A stretch of 64,000 nucleotides of DNA from Amphiscolops sp. MND2022 (lineage: Eukaryota). The notes under the pieces are model-generated. The model saw only the letters and a program-made list of their open reading frames with translations, was not told the DNA's origin and made no database searches. The number at the start of each line of letters is the position of its first letter. Within the stretch, counting starts at the first letter, position 1. The translations under genes were made by a program, and so were the position numbers. This document shows, piece after piece, positions 37,997-51,487 of this stretch. Where the stretch lies: positions 62,000,001-62,064,000 of the forward strand of contig OZ076411.1 of NCBI GenBank assembly GCA_964187785.1, given 5' to 3'.

Positions 37997-38682
37997 TTTT
38001 CAGTCGGCGTTACCAATAAAAAAAGCCGACTTAAGCAGACTTAAGTTAAAAAAGCCGAGGGATTATCGCGTGTGAGACAGTAGCTGGTCCCCAGTTTGCG
38101 AGGGTTCGAACCCTGTGCTGGACAATTTTATGCTTGCAAAAATAGAGGGGAGACGACCAAAAGGTTCCGAATTTGAAATGTTTTCGGCACTATGCAACTT
38201 TTTGGAACCTTTTAAACCAAAACCCCTCACCCGGGCTTTTGCGAGCATAGAAGTTTTTCGGCATTTTCGATTTACCGAAGAATTTTCCGAAGAAAATGAA
38301 AATTACGTTAAAATTTTTCGACAATTTTTTTATTTTTGAGGATTTTTTGGAGGTTTTCGCCACTGTGCGACTTTTTTCGGAAACAAATCATTTGCTCAAA
38401 GGGTATTCCTTTCACTTTCAATTATGTTTGCCGTTTGAAAACAGCGTTTTGCGAGCTCAATGCTCCTTTTTTGGCACTATGAGACTTACTGAAAAATATT
38501 TTTAAAAATTGGGTTTTTTGATGTCTTTAGTTGGGGAAAAGTGCTTTTCCTGTTTTATGGGTACCCCTTCGCCTATTTTTCGCAGTGCACATTAAGTACA
38601 AATCGTCCAAAATGTCCCTTTGCTTTCTGGAAAAAACTGTGTTTTCAACCTTGAGCAGGGACCCGACTTGGGCCGTTCCCAC
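37997..38682 (+). mobile_element. HINE-like element
   Basis: TTTTCAGTCGGCG...GCCGACT 5' stem; 3' CCGACTTGGGCCGTTCCC; B-box-like GGTTCGAACCC at 38104. Confidence 0.55.
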
Positions 38683-39898
38683 TATAAAGTGTGAGCGAGG
38701 GAAGAGGAAAGTATCCAGACAATGATATTAGTATAAATTATTTTGGATAGAGAACGCCGTCCTTGGCCAGAATCCAAAACACCTCTTCCGCTTGGTAACA
38801 CACAAAAACGGAAAAAAGCGCTATACCCGATAACCGACGTTTTGTCTGGATTACTAAAATCTATATACTTTTTATTCGAAAAAGCTATTTCTATATTCAA
38901 ATTTGAAAACAAAAAGAGTGAAAGATGTTCTGGAACTCTAAAACAGTTTTTGAAATTTTCAATGTTTTCGAAAGCGTGTTAAGGAAAAGGGAAAGCCACA
39001 AATTAATAATTATTTATTTATATTCATACCTATAATTATGTTCACTGACACCCTGGAATTAATAACAACGATACAAACATTAAATCATGAAAAACTGACA
39101 AAAACGAAGACATGAATGGAATGGGGTTTTAAAAATTCAATCCATTTGTTGTACTTGTCATTCAATAGATTGTGATAATGATTTTATGAATGAAAAGTGG
39201 TCACTTCAAGGGAGACAAAGACGGATTGACGACTGGGACAAAGGCAGGGAGAAGCAAGATGGGAATCTTGGGAGTGCAGAGACTCTCAGACATGGCGAAC
39301 ATCTGCTGTGAGAAAGGCGTGTTTCAAAGACACAGAAAAGACTAGACCAAAAAAGTAGTCAATGAAACACAAGAATGGCTGTCTTAGGTACCATCGACTC
39401 AACACAACAAGCAAATCTGCGTACAAGAGACAGACAGAGCTTTTTGATTGGAAAACTCAAAGAACACTGAAATTTCACAAGTGTACATGTTGAAAAAAAA
39501 ACAAACTCCGTTCAAAGCTGGAAAATGCTTTGAAGGACGAAATTCTGGGGAAATAGCGGGAAAATAAGCAACGATCAGGTATTGTCACAGTCAGGCTACG
39601 CTCCACTTAAGGTTTCAATAGTTAAAGATAATCAAATAAATCAACGGGATATGTACTTTCAACAATACTTTAAAAAACCTAAATTGGACAAAAACGCAGT
39701 TGTGAAACAAGAAAGTACTCGAAACATTGACGAAGAGTTGCAGAGCAAAAAGAAACCCAATAGAGCAAACACTACTGCTTTTTCCAGTCTTCTTATTAGC
39801 TCAAAGAGTATATAAAGAAATTTGTTTTGGATGCGTGATAAGTGTTTGAAATATTCGAGGAACAACTTTTGTGAAATTTTCGACCACCATACAGTGTT

Positions 39899-40426
39899 AA
39901 CAAGCCGAGAACGGCCAAAGTCGGCGCCATGTCTAAGGCTCAAAAATGAAAAGGGGGGACCCTTCGGGCTTTGTGAAACTCCAGCTGGTTGCAAAAAATG
40001 AAAAAAAAATGAAGGGGGGACCCTTTGGGGACATGAAAAAATTTCCCAAAATTTTTTAAAATGAGATTTTTGAACAGTGTCGCAGTGCCGGAAAATGTAA
40101 AAGGGGGGACCCTTTGCGATTTTTTGACATCCATTGTGTTGCAAAATATCGAAACAAATCAAGGGGGACCCTTTGGTGCAATCCAAAAAGTTTTAAAAAA
40201 AGTCGCACAGTGCCGAAAAAAAAGTGGGGCTATGTGGGGATTCTTAGTCTGTTTTGTTTTCTTTTCGTTTTGGACGCGCTTCTGAGGTTGGAGTTGTTGA
40301 GGTTTGAAGTTGTTGAGGTTTGACGTTGTTGAACAAATGAACAAAAAAGTGGACCTTACGCGTCTGAAAAAAACTACCCACTGTATTAGTCGGGCTCATT
40401 TTCTACTAAAATGCGCCGACTAGAAA
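39899..40426 (-). mobile_element. HINE-like element, full copy
   Basis: AACAAGCCGAGAACGGCCAAAGTCGGCGCCATGTCTAAGGCTC ... GCGCCGACTAGAAA, with AAGGGGGGACCCTT repeats. Confidence 0.62.
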
Positions 40427-40753
40427 CATACCCGAAAGGGTACCCTTGAGACTATAAAACAGCTATTTTCTTAACTAAAAATATCAGAAAAACTCAAACA
40501 CTAAATTGATCATTACGATACATATGCCGCAAAAGTGGAATTTATCATCAAGTGTAAAGTGTATTTTCAGTAAAACGAGAGCGAACCGTATTCTAGTCAA
40601 ACAGTGCAGTGTGTTCATCGTGAATTTTGATGCACAGTGTAATCAGAAAATGCGGATTGAGGTCATTGAGCGTAATTGCGTAATTAGAGAAAAGTGGAAA
40701 CCAGTCAAGAATTTTCAACCTACAATTGGCTCAATTCCGTAACGCGTATAAAG

Positions 40754-40867
40754 CGTAAATTAGTCAATCTTTGACTAGAATTCACTTTTCGAGTACTTAG
40801 AAATATCTACCACGTAAATTAGTTAATCTTTGACTAGAATTCACTTTTCGAGCACTTAGAAATATCA
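40754..40867. repeat. 59-bp tandem duplication
   Basis: CGTAAATTAGTCAATCTTTGACTAGAATTCACTTTTCGAGTACTTAGAAATATC twice, 2 mismatches. Confidence 0.9.
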
Positions 40868-41149
40868 TTCATTGAAAACGGGGAAAGTGATCAAAGTTGG
40901 ACTACTTTACACCAAACAAACGATTCATCCTATTGCTATCTTATACAAAAACGCTTCACATTGTAATTGCAGTCGGTAATTGGTCTGACTGTTTTACACT
41001 ATTCACTTTGACTGGTTTAGACTAATTTGACTTATTTACAAAATAGGCCCCTCCGGGGCTCAGTACTATTTCTGCTTTAATCTTTATTTTTTTTGAAACA
41101 AAAAAATTCATTATTAAAAGAATCATATCTGGAATACCAATACACTCTT

Positions 41150-41430
41150 GTTCAATCATTATTAGCGCACAATTACATGTAATCACTGTACAAGTTTACA
41201 CCGCCTTTAATTCTTCTCGGACCAAAGAAAATATAACTACTAAGCGTAGACGAAGTTTCGCATTCGCATTTGAATGCAGGCGAAGCTCTCAACGAACGAA
41301 TAATTAACACTCATTCGCTTCATCTCAATAACTCGGGGCAACGAAAGCACAATTCCGAACATTCGCTCGCTTCATCTCAATGACGTCAGCATACGAATGG
41401 ATAATTACCACTCGCTCGTTCCATCGCACT
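41150..41430 (+). repeat. Dispersed repeat of a second family (other copies about 44750-44940, partial at 46250 and 37262)
   Basis: Shared blocks GTTTACACCGCCTT, CTACTAAGCGTA, GCGAAGCTCT and CGAATAATTA(A/C)CACTC...CGCTTCATCTCAATAA. Confidence 0.65.
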
Positions 41431-43010
41431 AGAATTGAATTGTCTTCGGCAGCTCTCTCGCTTACACTCACTGCCGAACAAAATATCTGAATTATTCAGA
41501 TCGTCCGAAAATATGTACTGAAAAAAAAAGTAGAAAGTTTGAGGTTACAATAATATTCCTGCTAAAGCAGAAATATTAATAATTACATGCGTGAATTCAC
41601 ATGAGTAGGAACAGAAAAGAGCCTTAACGTATTATGTTTTTTATGAACAAATATTGTGTAATGAGATTATCTTATGATTAGGTGTATGTTGGACAATATA
41701 CAATACATATGTAAGTGTTTATAATACAGCAATGATAACTGTAAAGTTTTATTTAAAAGTTCAATAGACTGGGTTTTCATTTGCTGTTAATCGAACTAGC
41801 AAGATCTTGCTAGTTCGTTGCGGCATATGTATCGTAATGATAAACTTAATTTTTGTTGACCGGCATTGTTAGATGAAATTTAAGAAAAGTTATAAAAAAT
41901 GAACTTTTCAGAAACATCTGGAGAAAAACTACCCAGAGTAAAATTTTTTGGTACCGTGTTTGGTCTGAACGGTACAAGCATTAGCAAAAAAGAATTGTTC
42001 CAAAATTTTTCCAGCAAAAAAATGGTTATACTTTTCCAAAAATAACCTTTTGACCAAATCCAGTTTCATCAAAAGCCCTTGACCCATGAAGAAAGGCATC
42101 CCCTGCCTTTTTACAACAGACCTAGTGCAACAAAACCAAACAATATGGTGTTGTTACTACAAGACTCCGCGGGGTGACATGGGCAAACTTAATTAAAACG
42201 AAGCTGTATCAGACCATTGCAAAATTTGCAAAAGCGCCAATGCTAATTAGTGTTTAAAAACGCTGAAGAAAAACGGCAGCACGAAAATTTCATGATCCAA
42301 TGACAGATTATGGTATATCACTGACCGCAATTTCCAACATTGAGTGTACAGATATAGACTTGCCATGCACCATGATAATCATTAGGGCCAAATTTTTCTG
42401 CCAGGGCGAAATCCCCGTTTTCTAGATCTTCCATTTCGGCAATATTTGTGGAATGAATGGACTAGGTAACAACTAACCGTTTGCGATATAGTAAGTTGTG
42501 TGAAATGGAGGGTTTACCGCAGGCTTAGTAAAATTAGCGTCTTATGTTGCGGAAGTTTGCATCCAAGCATTGAAGACATGTGTCGAATAATTCTATTTTG
42601 ATCGCCTTATTCCAGCTAAGCTACACTCTAATTACATACCATGGTAGCGGAGAAAGCAAAAAAGTGACTTAAATACTGCTTTCTTCTGACGTTACGGTGT
42701 AGGGACATCGGAAAACTGCGTCGTTAATAGTTCTCCACAGCGGCGACAGCTTACAACTAATGAACACAGGAAAAAAACAGCGGCCGTTGAATTTGAACTT
42801 GGTAATCCAGTCTAACAGAAAAGCTGAACCAACCGGACACTACAATTACACCGAGGTGGCGAGGAAAACAGAAAGATATGCAACAAAAGACAGGTTTGCA
42901 GGTTGTCAGAACAAAAAATGAGAAGTATTTGTAAAGATACGTCGAAGATTACCTCTAAATACGCCGTGTTAAATCAGTACTAATATAATGTATAACATCA
43001 GTCTATCTGT

Positions 43011-43318
43011 TTTCCAGTCGGCGCTTCATGAAGTGAAACGCGACTATAATTGTGACTTCTTTGCAATCCACACGAACTGACCAAAATAGTTCTACAAGTT
43101 ATACAAAATTTTAAGGGGCCAAATTGTACCTTCGATTTTTTGACATTTTGCAATAGAATGGATGTTAAAAAATCTCAAAGGGTCCTCCCTTTAAGCGCAC
43201 AAGTTCAGTCTCCCTTTGGGTTTTTCGGGTACTGTGGAAGATACTTGTTACTTTGAAGTCCTTGTGCTGTTTTTGAGTATTGACCGGGGCGCCAACTTAC
43301 GCCGTTCCCGGCTTGTTT
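43011..43318 (+). mobile_element. HINE-like element, short copy
   Basis: AGTCGGCGCTTCATGAAGTGAAACGCGACT start; GGCGCCAACTTACGCCGTTCCCGGCTTGTTT end. Confidence 0.62.
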
Positions 43319-46300
43319 CTGCTTATCTTGATCCATTGTTTTTCAAATACCTCAATGGGTTCCGAGGTGTCTCGATCATTCTGACAGAAATGTTTCATTT
43401 TTGAAGATAGGAAACGAAACCTTTCAATCCAAATTTTTATCATCTTTTCCGTTTGAGAAGCTTTGTTTTCCAATTACTATAGAATTATTGATTCGCTTCA
43501 TCTCGTACTAAAACGCTTCTTTTGTCTCTACGGAATTCTAGGATCTGTGTCGCGCATTATAGCAAAGTGTTTCGAATTCTTCGAGAAAATGCGACACAAA
43601 CTATGAATTGAACGTTTGTGGCAGATTTCAAGGTCTGTTTTAAATTTGCATGCAAAATGGATCAAAATAAATTCAGGCATTCAATTTTTTCGCAGTAGCA
43701 ATAGCTAGTCGAATTCGAGTAGATATCGTTCGAATATTGAATAGAGAAAAGTCGGATTCCATGAACTGCTGGTCGGCAAAGGTGAAAAACCATTCGGATA
43801 TAAGGAGCTACTCATCCTCGGTCTGATTTTAAAAAGGGATGTACGTTTCATCAAGTCAAGTACTTCAAAATTAATCAAGTACATAAGAGAAAACAAATAC
43901 TAACTGAAAGCACCGAGTGGAAAAGAATACGTCACAATCAATTTTCTATTGGCTAAGCTCTTCGATTAACAGGTTAATATGTTTACTTGAAATTTGAGTA
44001 AAGCCTAATCAACTTCTGGCACGATGGGTACGTTATTTTTTAACTGCGCTCCCGATTGAAAGCCGCTCCGGTGTGACATTCTTCGAATACGTAGAATTCA
44101 TCGAACCAAAAATCAGAATACTAACTATCATTTACATGAAAAACCAGTTAAATTTAAGTACATTTATAAAGGTACATTTATAAGCGTCAGTTACTAGAAC
44201 CTTCAAAAAACTTCGATCTAGCCGGCATAATAACCTATGGCTTTTTGTTTTCCAACCAAGCTCTCAAACAGGACTTGCGGAACCTAGTGCACGACTTCTG
44301 TATAGCCGCTCAAATGAACCAAATTATTACACATTTAAAATGTTCACTTCGCCGAGTCTCGGTCGGCACCTTATTTCCCGTTCACGGACCGACAAAGAGT
44401 CTCGGAAAAAATCGTCCGAGACCAAAATTCCGAATTCGTCAGCTGAGAACGCTATCAGATGACTTCATAAAAATTGGATACACCAATACCACGAGCGCAA
44501 AACTTGGATGTCAGTCAGTAGTCATTTCGCGTCTGAAAATACTTTCTTCCTTTGCTATATTTTGTACTTATGAAGTTATCCGCGGCGTAGAACTTTGAAA
44601 TTACTGTATTCCCTACAACCTTTGAAAATTCACATTAAAAAGTGGGCTCTGTGGGAAACGGTAATATTTCTACTTTAGGCTACAATAACCATTAACTTCA
44701 AAGTTCAAAAATGAAAACATATGATGTATTACATGATCATACACTCCAGTCAATTCATTATACAACACACAATTAATTACTGTACCAGTTTACACCGCCT
44801 TAGTTTCTTAATGGACAAAAAGCTTCATTACTTGAACAAAAAATACAAAAGCTACTAAGCGTATATGACATTTCGCAATCGTATTCGATGCGAAGCTCTC
44901 GGCGTACGAATAATTACCACTCGTTCGCTTCATCTCAATAAACCGCTACCTCGTTGCTAAGAGAATTAAATAAAATAGCTAAAGATTTGCAGCACCGTAG
45001 TGTAATTAAAGAATTGGACCCCTGATTGTGGAAAATGAACTAATTGTGAAAAATGAGCTCGAAACCCGGGGTATTTTGGAGGTAATCAAAAATGCTTGAT
45101 CAAATATTGAATTTGTGAAAAAAACTTCAGAATCAGTTTTGTAAACAACTTTGTAGCTTGCAAATATCACTTTTAGCAACTTGTATTCACTAATAAATCC
45201 TGAACTATGAGCAAATTTTTGCAAGCCTCACAGACCCAGTTTTGCAATTTTGTATTATTTACAGAAACTATTCCATTCACTAATGACGATAATATGTTTT
45301 GTTTACAGAAAATCCGAAGAAAAACTATAGTTATATATGGGTTTCCCAAAACTGAATTTCATGCCCTATCTTAATACATTATATTCAAGTTTCTTCCTCT
45401 GAAATGTCCTGTTCAAGAAGGTTTCTTTTCGTAGCATTACCATTAAAATTGTCTAAGTGGACAATTCTGTTGAGAAAGCGTATGAAAGATTGAAAATGAT
45501 TTTTTCAACACTCGAGGCTTTCGAAATTTAAACCAAAATGAGTTAGAAACGAAATCAAGAGTAAAATGAATTGTTTCTAATTTTTTGTATACTGATCGCA
45601 GAATTTTCAAACTAAAATGTTTGTAATCAACATTAAAATTTATTGAACTTTTAGTTTTACGGTTTTCGATAATACTTTTTCGTTCAAAAAATTTTGGTCT
45701 CCTTTAACCGAGTCCAAATCGATTTTTACAATCGCAGGTCCAATTCATTTATTACAGTTTGGTAGCTATTCGAAATTAACCGAACAAAACGGGTCGAAAA
45801 TGAGTCCGGTAAAAATGGTTCAAACGATCATATTAACGCCTTCTGTAAGATTTCAGCTTACGTATAAATATAAAAAACCCCCTCATAATTTTCGGATTTC
45901 CTTCTAACTTACAGCACGAGAGCCGATTCTTTTTCTATTTGTTGTACAGGAAAAACTGGTTCCGAGATTTTTTTCTTGGTTTCAAAACAATTAAAATTTT
46001 GAGAAATCTGAATGAAAACTGCAACAAAGCACAATTTGCAACTTTCGCGCAAAAAATTCAACAAAATCGACCCGCTAAAGCTCACAAATAATTCTGGAAA
46101 AAAGTTGCAAATAAATGCTCAAAAAGTTCATCTATCGGTTCCTGAATTATTTTTATACATTTCAGGGGCGAAAATTTGTCTCTGTAATTTTGACTGAGAA
46201 CTTCCAACCTTGGACTATGAGGTTTGTTATTCGAATTTAGGAAAATTTATTTGAATGCAGGCGAAGCTCTAAACGAAGGATTCATTAGTAAACACTCGCT

Positions 46301-47408
46301 CGCATGTCACTACAAGTGTCTCTTTTGGTGGCGAAGAGAGAATGTTTTGTAACGATTTTTTGGTGAGAAAAACGTTGATTTGGCGGCGCTACGAAACTTT
46401 TCCAGTTTGGTGCATCTTTGAATCCAAAAAAAATCAAAACTCCGCAAAAACCGACCGACATCGAAAACTTTAGTGTTGACTGTTATTTTCGTTGATTTCC
46501 GACTACGCGCGAGCAACAATGGTTGACCACAATCTTGACACTTTTTAAACAAATATCATGAATTTTGTATGCTGCAGGTAAGCACATGGTAAGTGTGAAA
46601 TGGTAGTAGCAGAGAAGAGCGGCGAGCAAGAACATAATTGGAGTGAGAGTGGGACAATAGCTGTAATTTTGTTGCACATATGTTTCCTTGATCATTGTAG
46701 TAGTCCCATCCTCCCTCCCGCCTAGACCGCGAGACCTTAGAAGTGTCTGCCATCGCCACTAAAATCAGCGAGGCATGGCGTCACCGTGACCGACCTTATG
46801 ACTTGTAGTTTTTTCATGCCCATGTTCTACAGTCAATATTTGGGACTCTTTCAATATTTGACACGCACGTGCTTCCAACAACACTGGTCTCCCTTCAGCT
46901 TTGATTTACGACCAAATGTACAAATATCTGGTCGTAACCATCCACCCCCAAACCCCCCCAGCCAATTCGAACAAAATGCTAACAGATCCGATACTCAATA
47001 TAAATAAGTATGTAGATTCAACAATGCAGCTATTCTGAACATATTTGAAGTTCACAACAAACATTTCATCTATTCCTAATTCCAACATGGTGTTGAGCAT
47101 CAAAATTCTTCTACAAAGTTGAAAAATCGATCGTTACTTTTCCAGGAAAAAGTATTTTGGTTAAAGTTAAACCAGTAAAAAGACGGTTAGCTGATTCCTT
47201 TCACACTTATTACTTGCAACAACTTTCACAGCAGTGCAGTAAAATTCAGTTGTATTCAATTCAAATCTCAAATCGAACATTTTGTGATTTCCATCCTGTA
47301 TCTTTCTGTTTTAAAACGTTAGTTAAGTCGGAAACCAGTAACTTCGTAGACAGTGAAAAGTTCCGAGCCATCCTGCTGAAAACCTTTTTATTTTTTTGAA
47401 AGATTTGA

Positions 47409-47902
47409 TTTTTAGTCGGCGCTTCATGAAGTGAAACGCGACTATTATAGTGACTTTTTTTCTATCCACACGAACTGACCAAAATAGTTCTTAAAAGTTC
47501 TACCAAATATTATGGTGCCAAATTGGCCTAGCGAACTGGACCAAAAAGGTTTTCCCTGTTTTTCCGCGTAACAACCATACCGGGCAACACCAAAGGGTCC
47601 CCCCTTTCATTTTTTTCGGCACTGCGAGACATTTTTTCGGAAATTTTTTCCCCAAAGGGTCCCCCTGCATTTTTTTGATGTTTTGCGACAGAATGGATGT
47701 TGAAAAACTTCAAAGGGTCCCCCTTTCAGTTTTTCGGCATTGTGAGACTTTTTAAAAATTTTTTTCCTCCAAAGGGTCCCGCTTCAATTTCTTTGATATT
47801 TAATATTTTGCAACAAAATGTATGTTAGTTTTTTCAAAAATAATGTTTTACGCTTTCTGAGCCTTGGATATAGCGCCGACTTTAGACGTTCTCGTCTTGT
47901 TT
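47409..47902 (+). mobile_element. HINE-like element, full copy
   Basis: TTTTTAGTCGGCGCTTCATGAAGTGAAACGCGACT start; AGCGCCGACTTTAGACGTTCTCGTCTTGTTTT end. Confidence 0.65.
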
Positions 47903-49617
47903 TACATTATTGTGTAAAATGCTTGCGACTTTATGCAGTGTTGTTGCGGCATGAACAAATGAAAAACAAATGCAAGAAAGCGCCTTTCTACAGAATAATG
48001 TGTTTATTTTTAGATCCCGGAAATCACTAAAGAGTAATATCGGAAAGTCTCTGCTGAAAAGTTCCGTTGTCTGCAAAAGCAGTCGCTGGAATTCTAAATT
48101 ACATTAAATTAGTGCAACTTCAATAGCTACACAACATCAATTCAACTCGGATCGAACAAGAAATCCTCTAATATCAAATGATTCAGTTTCTCAACTGGCC
48201 GATTTAACAACCAAAACTATAAGAAAACATGAATCTTTTCCATCAAATTTCTCACCATAATCCGGGCAGAGATTTTGATATCAACCGTTACACCCCTTCG
48301 ATTTACAGGTAAATAATTCATCTGCCTTTTCTCTTCATACCAAATTTCGTCGATTTCGTTTTTGTAACCAGAGCTAAAGGAAGTCCAATAAATTTGTTGT
48401 ACCAACTAAATTTTTGATGGCTGCTCTATGGAATTATCATGTTGAAAATCAACGGACATGAGATGAAAGGCGATTCAAAATCAATGGCTCTGCTACAAAG
48501 ACTATAATTGATGAGGTAAATATCACTTTGAAAGGGAAATGGTTTGAGTTGAGAGAAGGAGCAGATCAAATGGGAGGAGGCAAAGATCTTGTCATACTCG
48601 AGTTGAACTTGTCAAAGGGGGTATTGTTGTGAGATTTGTTAACACACAATGGGTTCATGAATACTTAATCAAAGCGGTATTATTGCCTCTCATTCGGTGG
48701 GACAAGGATACCATTATAGGCAATCGATACTCCTTCGCGCTCACACACACTCCCCAACGATTAGTTTTTGTCCCAAATTGTCATCAATAGAACATGAATA
48801 CATCCTTTCCTTTACAAGAAGAAGTAGTTAAATCAGATAGCCACGCCTTAAAAATACAAGAGCTGCAGTCTTCAAAATTTTCAGTTCCAGATTTTCAACA
48901 TTCACTTTTGAAGACATCGTCGAAAACTTGAAATTGCCCCTATTGAATCTGTTTCTTCTGCTTTTCATCGCGAAAGCAAAAGATATACAACGACTGAGGT
49001 ATAGTGAGAATTGATTTTTTGGTTTGATTAGAAAGTGACTCAAATCTTGGTTCGAATCCCGCGCTGGTCTTGAAAACTTTTGACGTTTGCAAATCAAACT
49101 AGATCAATTTCACCAATTTTAAATTTGTTTTCACCTCGAAGTATACGTTTTTCGAACTTAAAAGTCTTTTCATTCGGTTTTCGGCACAGTGTGATTTTTC
49201 GAAAATTGGAAATTCAAAAAAAGTTTCTCAATAATTGCCCTTTAGCATATTAAAGTTTGAAATTTTGATATTTGGTTGGTAGATTTCGTTGCTCTACTCT
49301 CTGTATGGTGGATGATTTAATTGACACCCTTTCAGGGTACCATCTGATGTTCATGACCAAAGGATACATGACAGACGATTCGAATGAAATTTGACGAAAC
49401 TTTAGGGATCAACCCCTACGGGATGTATTTTTCTGCAAATACAAAATTTTCCTAATGAATTTCAGGTATATTTATCATTCCTACACCAGGGTTGCGAGGT
49501 AAAATTTCAATTCATTCGAGACAGATTTCGCCAATCATTTTTCATCACAGAAACTATTATAAATTCCAAAGAAACCACTGAAAGCTTAATTGAGGATAAC
49601 GCCACTAATCAGTGAAT

Positions 49618-50647
49618 TGAGCCGCTAATTTCGAAGAAAATGCACGACTCTTAACAGTGGCTAGTTTTTTTTCGTCAGTTCAACGCGATCAGTCCACTTT
49701 TTGTGCACTGTACATTTTTACCTGAAGTACTTAGTACTTAAATCTGAACGCATCCCAACCCTCTAACATGAAATACAAAACCATTCCAAAGCGGAAGGGT
49801 CCCACCTTTCCGCTTTTTTTCGGCACAATGAGAGTTCCCTCCTTCTTTCGCCTTTGTGAGACTTTTTTGAAAACTTTTCAATGTCTCCAAAGGGTTCCCC
49901 TTCATTATTTTGGATATTTTACAACAGAATGAAGGTTTAAAAAATCCCAAAAAGTCCCCCTTGCAGATTTTTCGGCACTATGAGAATGTCCCTGACAGCG
50001 GTTCACCTGACCAAAATGAAAGCGCAAAACCAGGGCTTTCAAACGCGCTATAGTTCAAGTTGATGATCAAGTATATCTCAAGGTTTAAAAATATTGAGCT
50101 ATATCTAAAATGTGACGTTATATCCGACGTAAATTGCGTTTTCCTACGGAGGAAGCGGAGGTTCGAAAAATCGCGCTATATCCGAATTTTGACGTTATAT
50201 ACGTAAATTGTGTTTTACTAAAGAGGAGGCCGAAGTTCGAAAAAATGCACTACCATGTTTCCCAGCATGCTATATGCGAACTTTTGACGTCATATTCGAA
50301 GTGAATTGCGATCTACTAAGGAGGAAGCGGAGGATTTTTTAACATCTGTGTTTTTTCTATAGGACTTTTTCTGATTTGTAATTATGGAAGCCCCCTCAAT
50401 ATTCACAAGAAACACATCTTTTTCCCAATTATTCGTTTTTTTTGAGGTTTTCCACGGCAAAATGGGTTTTTCGTTGTCTCCATTTGGGAAAAAACGGTTT
50501 TTGAGCCTTATGCGTATCTCCTCGGGTATTTTGTATTTTTGGCACTATAAAATTGATGAAATTTCAACAATAGGTTTTTTTGCATATTTAAAAAACTTTA
50601 CTTTTTGAACCTTGAGTAGGGAATGGACTTGGGCCGTTCCCCGCTTA
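49618..50647 (+). mobile_element. Degenerate or composite HINE-like copy containing a ~80-bp minisatellite (50110-50340)
   Basis: 49650-49760 matches 35636-35760; 3' GACTTGGGCCGTTCCCCGC; three GACGTTATAT...GGAGGAAGCGGAGG units. Confidence 0.45.
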
Positions 50648-50736
50648 TTTAAGACCGTTTTTTATTGGGCTATCCGACAATTAATCTAGCGGAGTTAATA
50701 GCGCACCGCCTAAGTCCAATGGACAAAGCGATTACC

Positions 50737-51487
50737 AGAAATTTCGTCGTCGGAAATTTCGTCGTCAGAAATTTCGTCGTCAGAAATTTCGTCATCGGAA
50801 ATTACGCTCTATAAAACGTTGCATTTTATCTAAGCTATTAGGAATTATCCAATGGTATTGATGTCTTAAAATTATCGAGTCTTGATAATTATCTGAATAA
50901 TTATCGGCAATTGTGCAATTATTGCTATTATTGACTTTTAGTAATAGATTTAACCGAAAAAGTTTCGGACCATGTTCCTTATCGCTCCCACCCCAGATAC
51001 ACAATGTTTCTTGTCCCCCTCCCAACACGAATTTGTTTCGGCACTTGAAGCAAAAATTCCCCGGAATTTTCGACATTTTTTGACAAAAAAAAGCAAAAAT
51101 TCACCTCCGGAACAAGCCTAAATTGTATAGTAAAGCTCCGAATACAATGCAAATTTTCTCCGTCATAAATTAAATTGGCTAGGTACAATGCACCGGTACA
51201 ATGGTTCAGGACTGAAAATATACCATTGCTCGAAAAGCGTCTTGATGAATTGATTGAATGCAATTAACTTTTTGACTCAGTTGTGGTGTCAAAATGAAAC
51301 TTGTTAAGATCTCTCATTTTAATAATTAAATAATTGAATAATTCAAATAAGCTCTTTTCGCGAACGCTGTTAATTTTTATCAATACGACGAAATTTCCGA
51401 CGACAAAATTTCTGTATTTGCTAATACGACGAAATTTCCTGCGACGAAATTTCAGACGACGAAATTTCTGGCGACGAAATTTCCGCC
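50737..51487. mobile_element. Foldback-like element: inverted arrays of a 15-bp unit
   Basis: (A/G)GAAATTTCGTCGTC x4 at 50737-50796 and about 6 reverse-complement units at 51385-51484; weak inverted similarity continues inward. Confidence 0.65.

Noticed and set aside
38060-38125. GGTTCGAACCC (and GGTTCGAATCCC at 49050) as tRNA genes
   Set aside because: Only a T-arm/B-box is present; no acceptor stem, D-arm or anticodon arm can be folded.
39659-40344. ORFs of 60-175 aa over HINE repeats (also 1595-1792, 10078-10459, 38115-38725, 47528-47713, 49738-49950)
   Set aside because: K/F/G-rich translations of repetitive non-coding sequence, not conserved in frame between copies.
44245-47103. Isolated ORFs at 43705, 44245, 46483-46759 and 46786
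   Set aside because: Overlapping frames on both strands with no domain signal; could not be linked into a gene model.
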